Positions 36,801-50,520 of a stretch of DNA of 64,000 nt are shown here, one piece after another. Below the pieces are notes generated by a model that did no database searches, was not told where the DNA came from, and worked only from the letters and a program-made list of their open reading frames with translations. Position 1 is the stretch's first letter, and every line of letters starts with the position of its first letter. The position numbers were made by a program, and so were the translations under genes. The DNA is from Tricharina praecox (Eukaryota), in contig NW_026250403.1 of assembly GCF_024521635.1 (NCBI RefSeq), forward strand, positions 2,170,001-2,234,000, read 5' to 3'.

Positions 36801-39800
36801 TGCGGTACGGTGCAGTGCAGTGCGGATTACTCGCCATCCCGAGGTGCTGGGTGGAGCAGAGCCAGAATGATATGTAGTTGCGTCGGGGTTCCCGTGGATG
36901 TTCGGCACGGCGCGCAAAGATAAGAGCAGGTACTAGAGTAACTAGAGCAGATACTAGAGTTTAGAGTAACCAGCGTCCGCAGCAAGCTAAATTTCACGGT
37001 GATGGATCGGTCGGTCTCGAATCGATGGCCGATTCTGCCGCCGACGCCGCGGCCGACAGCCCCACGAGACCACCACCACACGTCTTTGTTTTCGTTTTCG
37101 TTTCGCTGAGAAGGTGCTGATCCTGCAGCCCTGTCCGCTTGCCTGCGCGCTCCGACCAGATGCCTAATCCAGATATCTCGGTCAGATCGGTGACCGACAG
37201 AGGCGAGCGAGTTCGTCCGAACGAACGAACGAACCGTCTGGGTCCGCGGAGGGCGGCTATGAACCACCACCCACCCATCCACCCACCGGGGCACGGGAGC
37301 CTTGTTTGGAATATTTTGGCCGCGGAATCGCACTGCACTGCCTATGGATTGATGCCCCATATCTCGCAAGAGCCGACGCGATGTCACGATGGACTGACGC
37401 CCACTTCGGGTGGGCGGCTGGCTGGCCAGCTCCGAGTGGTTCCCAAACGACGAGGCTGAGAAGAAATGTGACGATAGCATAGCTAGCGAGCGTCGGTGAC
37501 GCCGACGGTGGGGGGGTTTTTTTTAACCACGGATGACAGGACTGCGCAGTGCGAGCACTAGGCAGCTAACCCACCAGCTAGCACATCATGCAGGTCCTGA
37601 TGAATTTGCTATACAAACTCACTTGCTCTACAATCACAAACATCTAGCGAGAGATTGTGGCGTTTCTTTGACGATTTCTTCATCCGCAGTTGCGAGGGGG
37701 AGGGGGATCAAAGAGTGGTCTGGGCGTCATCGCGTCCTGAAGAAACGTGGCAGCCACAAGTTTTTTCTTTCCTTTTTTTTGCTGGCGCACGGGCGCAGAG
37801 GGCCATTCGGTTGGTGTTCCCCTGTTGAGTAGGAGCAGGAAGGGAACGCGAAGTTGAATCTGAAGATCCTTCGTTTGGTTTGCTAGAGTAGGCAGAGTGG
37901 AGTGGAGTGGAGTGCCGCGGAGCAGATATGCGAAGACCGATTGCGTTTAGTTGATGGTCCGTAGAGTGCCTGCATATTGTGAACTGTGGGGTTCCCTTTC
38001 GTATTCTTTCGGACTGTCTAGAGTATGCAAGTAGGTTACTTGGGTATGCACATACATCATACATCATACATGCTGTGGTCGGTCGACGGCGATGGTGAGG
38101 ATGCGCTGCTTACCTTTTGGATCCAGCCGGATATTTCGGATCGGCGGGATCGCTACCCTTCTGAAGGCCTGCCTGACGTAACTAGAGTAAGTGCCTGAGG
38201 ATGGGATGACGATTTTGCGTGGGCCTTTGTTGGGAGCGTTTCAGGTACCAGCCCGTCGCGGTTAGTAGCCGAGCCATGAGGAGATGATTCGTGAACCCGT
38301 GATGCCCGATAGCTTGCTCTTCTTCTACATGTGTACCTAGATTGGTTTCATGTTTTCTCTGTGATTTGTTTGCAAGCAGAGGGCAGCGGACGGGCTTGGA
38401 CATTCCCGATCGAGGCAAGTCGAAAGAATACGGGCGGAAAGGGGGGGGGGGTCAAGTCGCACTGGAACGACCAGGCAAACGCGGGCGATCAACGGACAGA
38501 ACAACAGAGGTTTTCCTTTTGGAGGGGGGCCTTTCTCCTGTTTCGTCAGGGCCAACACGTCAGTCCGAAATAGGCTCCGACTCTGGGGGAGGCGCGCTAC
38601 GGAGTTTTCACTTTTTCATGCCTGCCCGCCTCGTGTCTTGTCAGTTGTCTATCGTACGAGGCTGCCAGGTGCGAAGTGAGGTGCGAGTTGCGCGGTGCGC
38701 GGGGCGATGATAAAAGCCAATCTCGAGGTATCCGGGCCCCGCAAGGGTGTTTCGCTCTCACTCATCGTTCTCTCCCCCTTCCCCTTCACCCCCCTCCCCT
38801 CCCCCTTCCACCACATCCGCTGCATGAAGACATGCTTCTGCAGTCATATTCGCACGCGAAGTGTTGTCCGGATTGTCGGGAACCAGCATCGAGTGCCAGG
38901 GCCAGGGGCAGGTCTGGTTCTGTGACCCGGGTCCCGCCCCGTTCATGTCCAGCTGATGGTGGGAAAAACAGCTCGCGCGCTTCGCGTCGCCGACCGGCAG
39001 AGCGAAGGAACGAAAGAGTAAGAGTAATACTCTACATACTCTAGCTGCGAGTGATGTCCGCCTGCAGTGTGCGATACAAACCTACATACTCCCTGGTCCT
39101 CCGTGAGGCTCTCCGATCGGACGAGGCCTAGCAGAGTAGAGTAAAGTAAAGTATCGGGGCCCGGGGGGTGATTGTCGTCGGGGGAGGGCACTTTGCTTGT
39201 TGCCTACATACGCACATCGAAAGGACCGCGAGTGCATGTCTCGAATACCGTAGCGCTGCTCGATATGGGTCAGGAATAGATCAGAGACACTACAGAGGAG
39301 GAGGGGGGGGGCATCTCCGAGTCCGAGGGTTGGAAAGGGAGTGGGACTGTGGGGAGTGCTATAGTTACCGTAGTATGATACTCCAGGGGATTGAGTGCTG
39401 TCGGACGCGAGAGAGAGAGACGAGGCGCGGTGGCTGAGATCGGAGTCGTCGTTGGTTGGTTTCGTTATGGACGTCGGCCATTCAATCCGCGTGGTGGCTG
39501 AGATCGATGTCGTCTGTTGATTTCGTTTTCGTTGTGGACGCCAGGTCCGGTTGCTTCATTCGATTCGCGTGGCCTGCGGATCAGGCCGGGGGGTTTCGTG
39601 CGCAGCCTCGTGCCTTTCTCGATGACTCTCTCTCTCTTTCTCTCGCGCAAAGTGCGGTTTGCCGTCCTGCCCACTACTCGAGGCACTCCAGCCTGGCCTG
39701 GCCTGATGAACGGCGGCACCCGTAGCGTGCGACAAGGGAATATCCTCTTCCGTGCCCGCAGCCCGGCCGGCTAGACAAACAAACGAACGCACGCATTCCG

Positions 39801-40467
39801 CACAGCCTGGCCCTCCCCCCCTCCCCTAACCCAGGCCTCCTCCTCCACCACCACCACCTCCTCCTCCTGCTTCAGGTGAAGCGGACATGTCCAGTAGTAC
39901 CTAGAGCACTCTGCTTTCACGTAGCCACATGTAGACGCGCCTTCCACCCCCCCCCCCCTTGCTCGGCTTCCCAGACCTCCCACCCTCACCCTCACCCTGT
40001 CCCCCATCCCCCAAGCTGCTTAGTCCCCTCACAGCAGCAATAAGTGTCGGGAACGATGTTTAGATGTCGTCAGTGCTGCGGGCTGTTTGCCAGGGGTACC
40101 ATGCCCTCGACCCACCCAACTCACCCCTTCCCCTTTCGTCTCATCATACCCTTTTCTTTCCTTTTCTTTTTGCTGGGCACTCCGAGACAGCTCGAGCAAT
40201 CGTCGTCAGATGATAAATACTTTGGCCTCCTCCCCCCCTCAGACTTCCTATCACTCATCCAACAAACACAAGCAACTCACAGCATCCCACTACCACCTAC
40301 CACTACAACACAGAACATCCACATCCGCTTATAGCATCCTCGAAGTTACCCATCAGGATCCCCTCTTAAGAACCCTCCCTCCACCCACCTCAACGACTAC
40401 CAAACACCCAAACACCACCACAACCAAACAACCAAACAACCAAACAACCAAACAACCAAACATCACA

Positions 40468-40635
40468 ATGCCTGCTCCTTCGCAAACCCTCCACAACCCC
40501 AACGACATCCACTGCCTGAGCAGTCTGGGATACAACTTCAACGGTCCTGTGGCCACTTCGACTCTTCCTCCGCGGCCGGGACCTCCCCCGAACCGCCCGC
40601 TGCCCCCGACTCCCACTTCCGCCGGCGGCAAGTAA
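40468..40635 (+). CDS. Candidate 55-aa proline-rich microprotein MPAPSQTLHNPNDIHCLSSLGYNFNGPVATSTLPPRPGPPPNRPLPPTPTSAGGK
   Basis: ATG in fungal consensus context (CACAATG) after a CAA-rich leader, mostly C/T-ending codons, and a T-rich 3'UTR-like tract at about 41000-41340. No homology evidence available. Confidence 0.55.
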   Translation: MPAPSQTLHNPNDIHCLSSLGYNFNGPVATSTLPPRPGPPPNRPLPPTPTSAGGK

Positions 40636-43600
40636 AGAGCGAGCGCTGTCCACCCCACCACCACTACCCCTCGGATCGATTTCTGTTGCGATTTCCAAAG
40701 AGCCTTCGAACTACGATGTATCCTTATCACTACTACCACTACTATTGTCCGCCATGCTGTCGATTCCGCATCGTCGCTGTCACTGCGACGACCCTCGAGC
40801 ATGCGCGGTGAGGGCCATCGCTCCTGCCCCACCACCACCACCTCGATAACATCTCAACTCAATTCTCTGCGGCGTCGTTCAACGAATCCATCGATACGGA
40901 CTCGACTCCACTCCGCCGCATCTCCTACCGTCGACGAAAGTGCTTCGAACACCGGCAAGGACTGGCTCTTTCACATCGGACGCGGCTCGGGATCTTTCCT
41001 CTGTTTCCTATTTTATTATTTTATTATTCCATTTTCGCTGCACTTCTCTGCATGGTCTGGTTATACAAACTTTTAATACTGGGTTCATTTCCTTTGTTTT
41101 CTTTTTTTTTTTTAGTTTTTCCTTTTTAGTTTTGTGTATCGCACTACACATCGGCGTTTGCTGTGTATTATGTTTTCTACGATGTCATGGGTGCGGGCTG
41201 GACGGGGGTTAATAAAGGGGTGTGGGCGTACTTGCTTGGGCTCTTGTTTTGCAGCATTCTCTGTATTTGTTTTTTTTTGCGGCGGCGGGGAGGTTTATCA
41301 TGGCTGGGGAATATTCGCATTTTAATAATTCATCACAATATTTCTGTGCTGCCTTACAAGACGCTCTCTTTCCTTGCCTTGAATTCCCGGTGACAATAGT
41401 ATGCAATCCGTTCCTCCACTGGTCAGCCAGCCAGGCAGCACAGCATTGCGCACGACTTGCGACTATCATAGAAGGAAGTGGATAGTAGGCACGCTGGGCT
41501 GATGGATGGCTAAATGGCCACGGTCTGGCTGACTGGCCTGTCCTGGCTAGGGACGTCCTGGCTGTCCATGCTGTCCTGGCTGGCCTGTCCTGGCCACGCA
41601 GCTGTACGACAAGGCTGAGCCTACCTACGCAGATCCGAGGAGAGCCGCTGCTCGATGCTCGGTGCTCAGTACCCAATGCTCGGTGTGCAGTGCAGCGCAG
41701 TGCAGTGCAGTGCAGCGCAGTACAGTACAGCGCAGTATGTCCAGAGCAGAGCGGAGTCCGCAATGTACGATCAGGCACGGAATCGGCGTTGAGCTGTGAA
41801 CACAAGCGCCAAGCATGTCCTAAGTTCGCCCGAGTAACCACCGCTCCAACTAGAGTATTATGATACCTGCTGCTCAGCGCTCAGCGCTCGGTAACTATGG
41901 TATGGTATGTGTGTCCCCGACTCCCCGGCAGCCACATGCACTGCACTGCTACCTATTTTCCTGCGCGTCTCGCGCGCCGTGTCACCCCAGGGTGGGTTGG
42001 GTAGGGTAGGTAGGGGCCCAACAATCGTCGCACGCTTTCCAGTGTCAATCAATGTGGTCAATGTGGTCAATGTGGTCAATGTGGGTCGCATACCCCAACT
42101 GGGTGGCGGGTGCGCTGATCGGACGGAGCGTGCTGGGTAGGTGGGTAGGTGGGTACGAATGTTGGAACTTAACTTGGTGGAACTTGGGGTACCTGGGTGT
42201 GTACCTGAGTGCGTAGGACTGGATTGGGGTGCATTGGTTTGGGTTCCGTCCCATTTCTGGATCCTGGGTCGGGACTCGGGATCGAGGGAATGAGGGAATG
42301 GTGCGGAACCCGGCGGACGCTGGATATCGCGGGCTGGACTGGTTCCGTCTGTCTGTGGGGCACTGGTGCTGTCTACGTTGAGGAGTGAGCATACCTACTC
42401 TAGCCACTCGACTTTAGTACCGCCGGCCCCAGAGTCCCAGACCACTGGTGTGTTGGAACTTGGAACTTAATGGAGATCTCCACGGGTTGCCATGTGGAGA
42501 GCTCTCGGGGGGCACCATCACCGCTCGCCGGATTCGGTTGGCCCGCGTACCTACCTTGTACGGCGAGTGCGATTGGGGGCGGCCCGACGGGAGGCGCGCG
42601 CGCTCTCGTCTCTCTTCTCTCTTCCGTCTCGCGGTACGGCGACAGTTGGTGTCCAGTCCACTTCCGCTTGGTTAGTTAACTACATGCTTGTTTTATGCTT
42701 CGCCTCGTGGGTGGTGAAGACTTAAAACTGTGCAGTTTTTCAAAAGTTCAAAGTTCAAACGCGATGATCGCCACCAGCACCACCAACAGCACCACCACTA
42801 CGTATCATCCCACCACCACCACCATACGCCTAGACGGTGGTATAGGCGGTGGTATAGGCGGCGGTAGGACCGAATTCCTCGCTCGCTCGCTTGCTCGATC
42901 TGCGTTCGCCAATTCCTTTGCGATCGGCGGCGGTGCGCGTGTGGTGCGGCCAGAAGGGGGTGTCTCACAGTGAAGTGCATGACTGGCGGGCTGGCCAGTG
43001 CGCCGTCGTCGTCGGCTTGCAGTCGAGGGGTCGTCGCCGTCGTCGGCCCCACTACAGAGCATACATAGGATGGATGCATTGCCATTTGCGGTGGCCCGGT
43101 GGGGCGGCGGCACTCTACGTACCTACGTAAGCATACTTACCTACCGCAGGTACTCGGCGGTACCTGCCTCAGCACTGGTGTAGGTACCGTACCTGGCATT
43201 GGTTACCGCCGCCGCTGGCGAGGCGGCTGGGCTTTGGCGCCCGTCGCTACCCCCCTCTCGCCAAATCACAACTAAGGGTGCCTGCCAATCGCTTCGCCGG
43301 TCAGGTAGGGCTGGATACTTACTTCCCACCGTCCATCCAGTCCGGTCCGGTCCTGCTTCTCGACGTTACGATTATCTACACACCTACATCTATACATTAT
43401 GCATCGTCTGTATGTAATACTGTGATGCAGGTCGATGGCGGACGAAATGCGGCTGCGACCACGCGCGGCATTCTGTCCGTGCCTCGAAACCCTCGAAACC
43501 CTCGCTAACAACATTTTTTCTTTACCCCACGCCTACTGATCGCAGCCGCACTGTCTCGGGAACCGGACCCGACCCGACTCCACAGCTCAGATTTTTGCCC

Positions 43601-45501
43601 GGGAGGTAGGTATGGCATGGTATGGTTTGTGATGAACTCTAAACCCCCCTCCCCCTCCTTCCCCCCCCGTTCCCCCAGTCTGTCTGCCTGTGCATCTATC
43701 TACTCTACGGATTGTCTCTCTGGTCCGGTAATAATTATCTAGGCACCTATATCTGAAGTATCTATCGTATCTTCGCGCGAGAGAGATGTGGAGAACGCCC
43801 GATAAGACCTCTGAGAGTGCCCGATTGCTGCTGCACAGTCTGCACAGTACTGTCTGCACTGGCACTGGCAGGTCGGCTGTGCAGTGGGCAGTGGGTAACG
43901 GGTTATCGTGATGCCCCCCAGCTGCCCCCCAGCTGCCCCCCACGGATATCGGACGGTATGTATGATACCAAGACGCACTACGGTATCTAACTAACCACTG
44001 GAATATCCAAATGCCCAGACCAGAGCAGACCAGCCATGTGCGAAGCCTCCCCCTCACCCCCCCCCGCTCCCTCCCAACGGTGGCATGGCAGAGAGTGCTC
44101 TAGTTGACATCGCTGATGATGGATCAGCAATCCGCCGAGAGACGAGGCGAAAGAGTATCGGTCAGCACCGCTGCACCGAGGACGAGTGGGGAATGGGGTG
44201 GTGGGCGCGGTGGTGGGCTGCGAAGTGGAAGTGAGGGGAACATCCATATCATACGCACGCACGCACCAGCCCAAAGACTACCTGAAAGACAGCAGAAGGA
44301 AAATATGACCGGCACGGTGCGATACGTCTATGATGGCCGGCATTGCCGGATTCTCGTATCAGTGGGATGAACCCTCCCCCCATCCACCCTCATCACCCCC
44401 AGATCAACGAAGCATACGTCCACCCATGACCCCAATGCCCATGGAGCTATGGATTCACCCACGTTTATTGTCGCAAGAGTGAGGGGAAGTACCTACCTAG
44501 TACCTAGGTCGGTACATAGCTAGATCGGACTTGCGACACCCGCGGCTTTGTTCGCAGTTCGCAGTTCGCCTTGTCGAGCAATAGTCATGGATGGATTGAG
44601 GGATGGATGGAGGGATGGATGGGTGGATTTAGGATCGGTATTGACCGGGTTTCCGGAGTCGGTATGTAAACTGGGAGAGTGGGTGAGTGGGTGAGTCGCG
44701 ACTGGGTGACTAGGGCCCAGCAGCAGCCACAAGGCAAGAGCGAGAAACTGCGAAGGCAGGCAGGCAGGCAAGGCAAGGCAAGGAGTCCGGTCGGTCGCAC
44801 TCGCCTCGCCTCACCTCACTTCACTTCACTCACTCATGGAGGCGGATCCGGCGCGCGCCCGCGGAGCTCTTCATACCGAATCCGAGGTCCGACTACATAC
44901 GAGAGGCGGAGTGAAGGAGGCACCCTTGGCCCACATACATACGATGCTTGGCCAGTCAGTCAGTCAGTCGAAGCCGGTGGTCTCGACCGTTTGCAAATAA
45001 TGGCTGCCGGTCAGCCGGCCGGCAGGGCCATGGTTTTTTGGTGCACCCACTCTTCAAGCTAACTGAGAGAGTCGAGACGAAGTGCCTACTCTAGAGTGCT
45101 CTACATGCTCTACATGCTCAAGTCTCCATCATACCGTATGTACCTAGGCGACGCTGTTACTCTAGAGTAGTTATCTGCAAGGCACCGCGCGCCGCAGGAA
45201 GTTAAGGTTGATCAATCAACTCTCCAATCTCCCCACAAGACCACATGACGCCCTTTTCACACGCACAACCCTCCCCCCGTACCCCATCCCCCATCCCCCG
45301 GACGCAATATGCGCGTACTCATGTCATGTACGGATATATATCCAGCTAGCCCCAGGCACCATCATGCTGCCTATGTTGGCCTATGATTCACTCCCCATTT
45401 GGCGGGGAGGGGGGACAGACGCACTAAACATCCCACGACAGGCGCGGGAACTAGGTTCCGAGTCCACTAGTCGTTTCAAATTGGTGGCCTATGATGCTGC
45501 T

Positions 45502-45549
45502 GATGGTGATGATGGTGATGATGGTGATGATGGTGATGATGGTGATGAT
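45502..45549 (+). repeat. (GATGGTGAT)n tandem repeat
   Basis: About five 9-bp units. Confidence 0.9.
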
Positions 45550-48151
45550 TATGACGATGATGCTGCTGACAATGGTGAGGGATGGGCTGCTCGCTCCACA
45601 GTGCATATAGTACCTGAGTGTGTAGACATCATAGCATACATACATTCGCTAAAGCGCGGATGCGGCCCAGCTTCACGCGAGTGCGAATATGAGATGAGCG
45701 GGGTCGGGGGAGGAACAATCCAGAGACCCAGAGAGAGACTCCGGGGAGAGAGCGAAAGATTGGTGTCACACACACGCACGTATAATGCGGAGAAGGGGAG
45801 AAAGGGACGAGCATATCGGTTCTCGCCGTGGCAGATGCCGCGGAGGTTCCTATGCAGCTGTTTTTGTGCTAAATGTTTTTTGCTTTTTGTTAATTTGGTG
45901 AAATTGCCCCTATGCTACTTTATGTAGGCTGACTAGGGAACTTTGTACTATCCTCGACACATCCCATCCCATCCATCGCCACTTTGTGTGCGTGCGTGCG
46001 TGCGCGCGGGCCGACTCCACAATTGAGAGAGGAGCCTACCTGGAGTAAGACATGCGGACCAGTATAGGTCCTACTTTCATCGGGACTCCGGCGGCGGTCG
46101 ACATGGACACTGGACATCGGACACACCGGACAGTGCGAGTGACACCGAGTGCACACCCCAGTTCGAAACACAAATAGCAGCCGTGTACTCTACTCCACTC
46201 CACCTCAAGTGAGCGAGTCCGCATGAGCTAAGCTTTTCACATACAAATACATCGGGGCAGTTGGAACTGTGAGTTATGTCCCTACTCAAGTACCGTATGA
46301 TGCATACTCTAGCTCTCGACAACGTGAAATTTGACAGCCGCGCGCGCCACCCACCGTTCGTCCGTTCGTCCGTCCGTCCGTTTATGCGTTGCGAAAATAC
46401 GTAAGCGTTCCGATTATGCAAGGGGCCCAAGACTCAAGTTCAGGGCCCATAGCTAGTGCTAGTAGTCAGCGGCACGGCATTACCATGGTCAATGCTAGGA
46501 ACCATTTTTAGGCAATCGGCCGGGCCGTCTCCGTGTCCGTCGGCGCCGGGCGGGGGCGGGGGCTTTTCTTGAATCTTCAGCAGCAGAGCGCGCGGCTTTC
46601 CTTCCTCTCTTACACCAGTTAGCTCCGGCGGCGACTTTTTAAGTTTCTAGCGACTAACTTCATCCCTCTCTCAACGAAGCAAAAAAAGAAAAGGAAAAAG
46701 GAGAGAAAAGAAAAGGAGAGAAACTTAAAGATGCATACTGTGAACTGTTTCCATGTATCGTATGTATGCAGATCCTCCACCCCCTTGGCGGTACGTATGG
46801 AGTACATACAGCGCCGAGCCGGAGGCGGAGGCGACTCCCGCTTGCTTGGATTTGACCGACCCCGACCATTCAAGAGTCAGCACCGCTGCGTGTCTCAGGT
46901 TGCAGCCCGAAAACAAGAGGCATCTTTGCGGCGTCCATGGATTTTCCTCCCATGGTGCGGATGAACCTGTTCCAGTCCGGAACGACGCTATGTATAGTAG
47001 AAAGGGGTGCGGCGGGAGCGGCGCGCAGGACTCAAGACTCAGGGGTCGTGATGGTCATAGATGGTCACTCGGCCGTCCCGCTCCTTCCGTGTTCCAGTGG
47101 TTTAGGAAAGCGTCAGCTATGATGTGGAGTATGTAGAGTAACTAGGACGTTTCCTGTCCAACTATAGTACTGTCTCGCGCGGAGGAAAAGGAAGAAGAAG
47201 CATTGACTACGGTTCTCCTATAATTTCCAGATCAGATCCCACCCGTTCCTCTAACTATAGTAAAACTGTAGATACCTACTCTCCTAGGTACTCTACTCCG
47301 GAGAGTGGGGCAACTACTCTACTGAGACTCAGTGGAGCACATCCATTCAACACACGGACCTGTCCGTATTTGCTTGCGTCCCAAACCGTCGATTAATACG
47401 ACTTCATCGGCGGAGATCGTCGCATTGGATCTCACTTGCAATAGCTTTGCCAGATTAGCGAAGCTGACACTACTGCTGCTGCTGCCGCTGCTGCCTGACT
47501 GCGCGCTTGCTTGCTTACTTCCCACATGTCAACTTTTCTCTCCTTTCCTTTCCCAAGTAACGATTGCGAGAACGAGGCCCCCAAAATATCTATTTGGCAT
47601 CCGGCGAAAGATCAACAAGCCCTCATGACCACTTGTAATATATGTACAAGGTAGTCCTCGCCTCTTGCCTCTTGCCTCTTGCCTTTACCAAACACCTCCC
47701 CGCACTGTCTCCTTCCTTTTTACATCGCGTATACAGCAGCAGGTACACCAGCAGCAGGTACAATGCAATGCATCATTTGCAACTCGCGATTGTGCATGAT
47801 CCTTCCCCCCTCCCCCGTCGTCCCTCCCGCGTCGCTCCTCCCCGGGGCCCCCGTAAACGAACACCGTTGCCAATTCTCGCAATATGTGTACTTTAAATAC
47901 ATACTCCTTTATTTTCTTTTCCTTCCCAATATACATACAGGGCCTCCGTCAACTTCCAAGCAATTGGCGAGAAAATAAATCAAAAACCGAAACATCGTCC
48001 CATTTAGGCAATACCTAGTATTTCGACCAATGCCCCGTCGTCGGTCGAGCCCGCTTCCTCGCCCGCTTCCCCGCCGCTCTGCTGTGGCTACTCTACATGG
48101 GCTAGACCCTCCCTCTGTCTCTCTCTCCCTCTCCCTCTCTCTCTCCCCCCG

Positions 48152-48184
<33 letters not shown>
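48152..48184 (+). repeat. Poly-C run (33 nt) after a CT-rich tract
   Basis: Homopolymer seen directly. Confidence 0.95.
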
Positions 48185-48187
<3 letters not shown>

Positions 48188-50234
48188 TCGTATCGTATCG
48201 TATCGTATCGATCTCCGCTTATACATACTCTACTATAATTTCACGCGCGTGATCGTGATCGTGTCGCGTGGGTGCGTGGAGTTGGGTTTAATCTGGGACG
48301 ATTATTCCTGCCTCGGACACTCCGACGAGTCTCCGAGTGCCACAGAGATTGCTACAGACTACAGACAGTGCAATGGTTCCGGCTTCAAGACTCGAGTGAG
48401 TGAGTGTCAAGTGGACGCAGGTCACGAAGCACAAAGCACAAAGCACAACGCCCATGGAGAAAAACAAAAACGGCGGCACTCTACATACTCTACTCTACAT
48501 ACTCTACATGTGTCAAACTGCAATGGGGGGTTGGAAGGGGGAACGGTACGGGGAGGCAGATTGATTGGGCGAAACACGGTTAGGGACAATCTAGAGTAGC
48601 AGGTGCCATCCGTCTTCCTCGGAGGTGGGATTATCCGGTAACTGTACTCTCCGGTGGAGGTCAGCGGGGGAGGGGGGAGGCTGGGCGAGAACTCTTTCTC
48701 CGACGGTGCATGTAGAGATGTATGTTGTATGTAGATGCAGAAGTCGCACTCGTATGTACACGAAAGGTGCTGGTTCGATGCTCCCCTGATCCCCACAGCC
48801 TACCTACATACTCAACGTGCGCCTGTGTACGGACGGGCAACTGCTTTTTCTTTCTTTCCTTTTCTTTTCTTCCTTCCTTCCCTATCCTCTCTCGGGTTCC
48901 GAGCGGTACGGTACGGTACTGTACGGTGCGGCACGATTCGAGCGGGCTTGTCCGAGCGGCCGGCTGCAGTCTGCAGATGTATGTAACGACCGCGGGCGAA
49001 ATTGGAGGGGACCTCCACATCGGCAGCGGTTGTCTAGTCTATAATACCTAGTACATAGAGTGGTTACTGCACCTATATACGCACCTATATCGATGCGCAC
49101 ATGTGCATGCGGGATGTCGTGCAGATGGATGGATAGTAAACCTCCATGGCGACAGCCAGTAGAGTGCGATCGGTCCATGTATGTATGTAGGTGCAGAGTT
49201 GTGTACTAGGTAACTAGGAGATATCTGGTCCCATCTATCCAGGTGGACGATCCCTCCTCCCCGTCCTCCTCCCCCCCTCCTCCGCATCCTCCTCCTCGCA
49301 TCCAATCCTCGTCTTGACTTGACTCGCCGCTTGTCTGTGACCCGCCTGGGGCGCGCAGAGTCGCGGAGTCGCGGTAGTTACTCTACGGGACGGGACGTTG
49401 GACGGCCGGAGGCCCGGAGCGAAAGCGCACTTGTGGTCTACCTACCGTCGCCACCCCCCACTGCCACATCGACATCGTGGCCTGATGATCCGTCATCGAT
49501 CCATCCCCACGGTTTGCGGTTTGCAGTTTGCGGTTTTCAGTGCCGGTTCCTTCCGCAACACAACTGATCGTTGCAGCACCCGATTTTCCACACCATGGAT
49601 AACCACTGCTAACTAGTGCAAAGCCACAACTGCCGCCGCCGCTACCGCTGCCGGCGCCGGCGCCGGCGCGACGCTTTTCCGGTGTCTGCCTGTCTGTCTG
49701 TCTGGCAGTCTGGCAGTCTGTCTGTCGGACATCAAAGATCAGGAGACGATCGGGAGTCCTCTGGCAACTCCTGGCGGTGAACAACGGACGAGACGAGACG
49801 AGACGCACGAGACACCGCCAAGCTTCGGCGGGCGGGTTATTCGACGCCGTACCGTACCTATGTACATGTAGGGTTTCGCGAGTGGCGACGGAGAAAAAAA
49901 AAGACTGCAGGACTGCAAGACTGTACCCCCACTTAGTTGCGAGCGGATACCTCCTCCTACATCGAGCCTTCCAGGCGAGTGATCGGATTGTCGAAATACT
50001 ATGTAAGTACTAGGTAAGTAGCTGCCGCTTCTGGCGGGCCCGGGTCCGAGTACGCTGCGTAGACTACCCGCTCCGCTGCACAGTGCTGTGCAGGCACGCA
50101 GCACGCACGTGGGCTCGCGGAGTGAGAATCCGTGTACTGTAGGACAGTGACCATGTAGAGTGTCCATCTGGTCTAGGACTCTAGGCACTTTGCAGCGTCA
50201 TGCCGGATGCTGATGATGGATCGTCCCGGCCCGC

Positions 50235-50520
50235 GTCGAAGAGTGCGAACGGGTGATCAGGAACTCCGACAGAGTCCTAGTCTACTCTAATCACCATGCT
50301 GGGTACTTGGGAGCAGAACCGTGGCCCCACGAGTCATGGACAAGACTCTGTCAGCACACTACCTACCTGGTCGAAGAGTGCGAACGGGTGATCAGGAACT
50401 CCGACGGAGTACTGCTCTGCTATAATCACCATGCTAGGTACTTGGTGATCAGGAACTCCGACAGAGTACTAGGTACTCTGGAGTAATCACCATGCTACTT
50501 GGAAGTTGGGAGCAGAACCG
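50235..50520 (+). repeat. Short degenerate tandem triplication
   Basis: GTCGAAGAGTGCGAACGGGTGATCAGGAACTCCGAC at 50235 and 50370; GGTGATCAGGAACTCCGAC again at 50444; TAATCACCATGCT three times; TTGGGAGCAGAACCG twice. Confidence 0.85.

Noticed and set aside
45208-45927. 239-aa ORF with a DGDDGD tract
   Set aside because: The acidic tract is just a 9-bp microsatellite, the start is non-ATG, and the rest looks non-coding.
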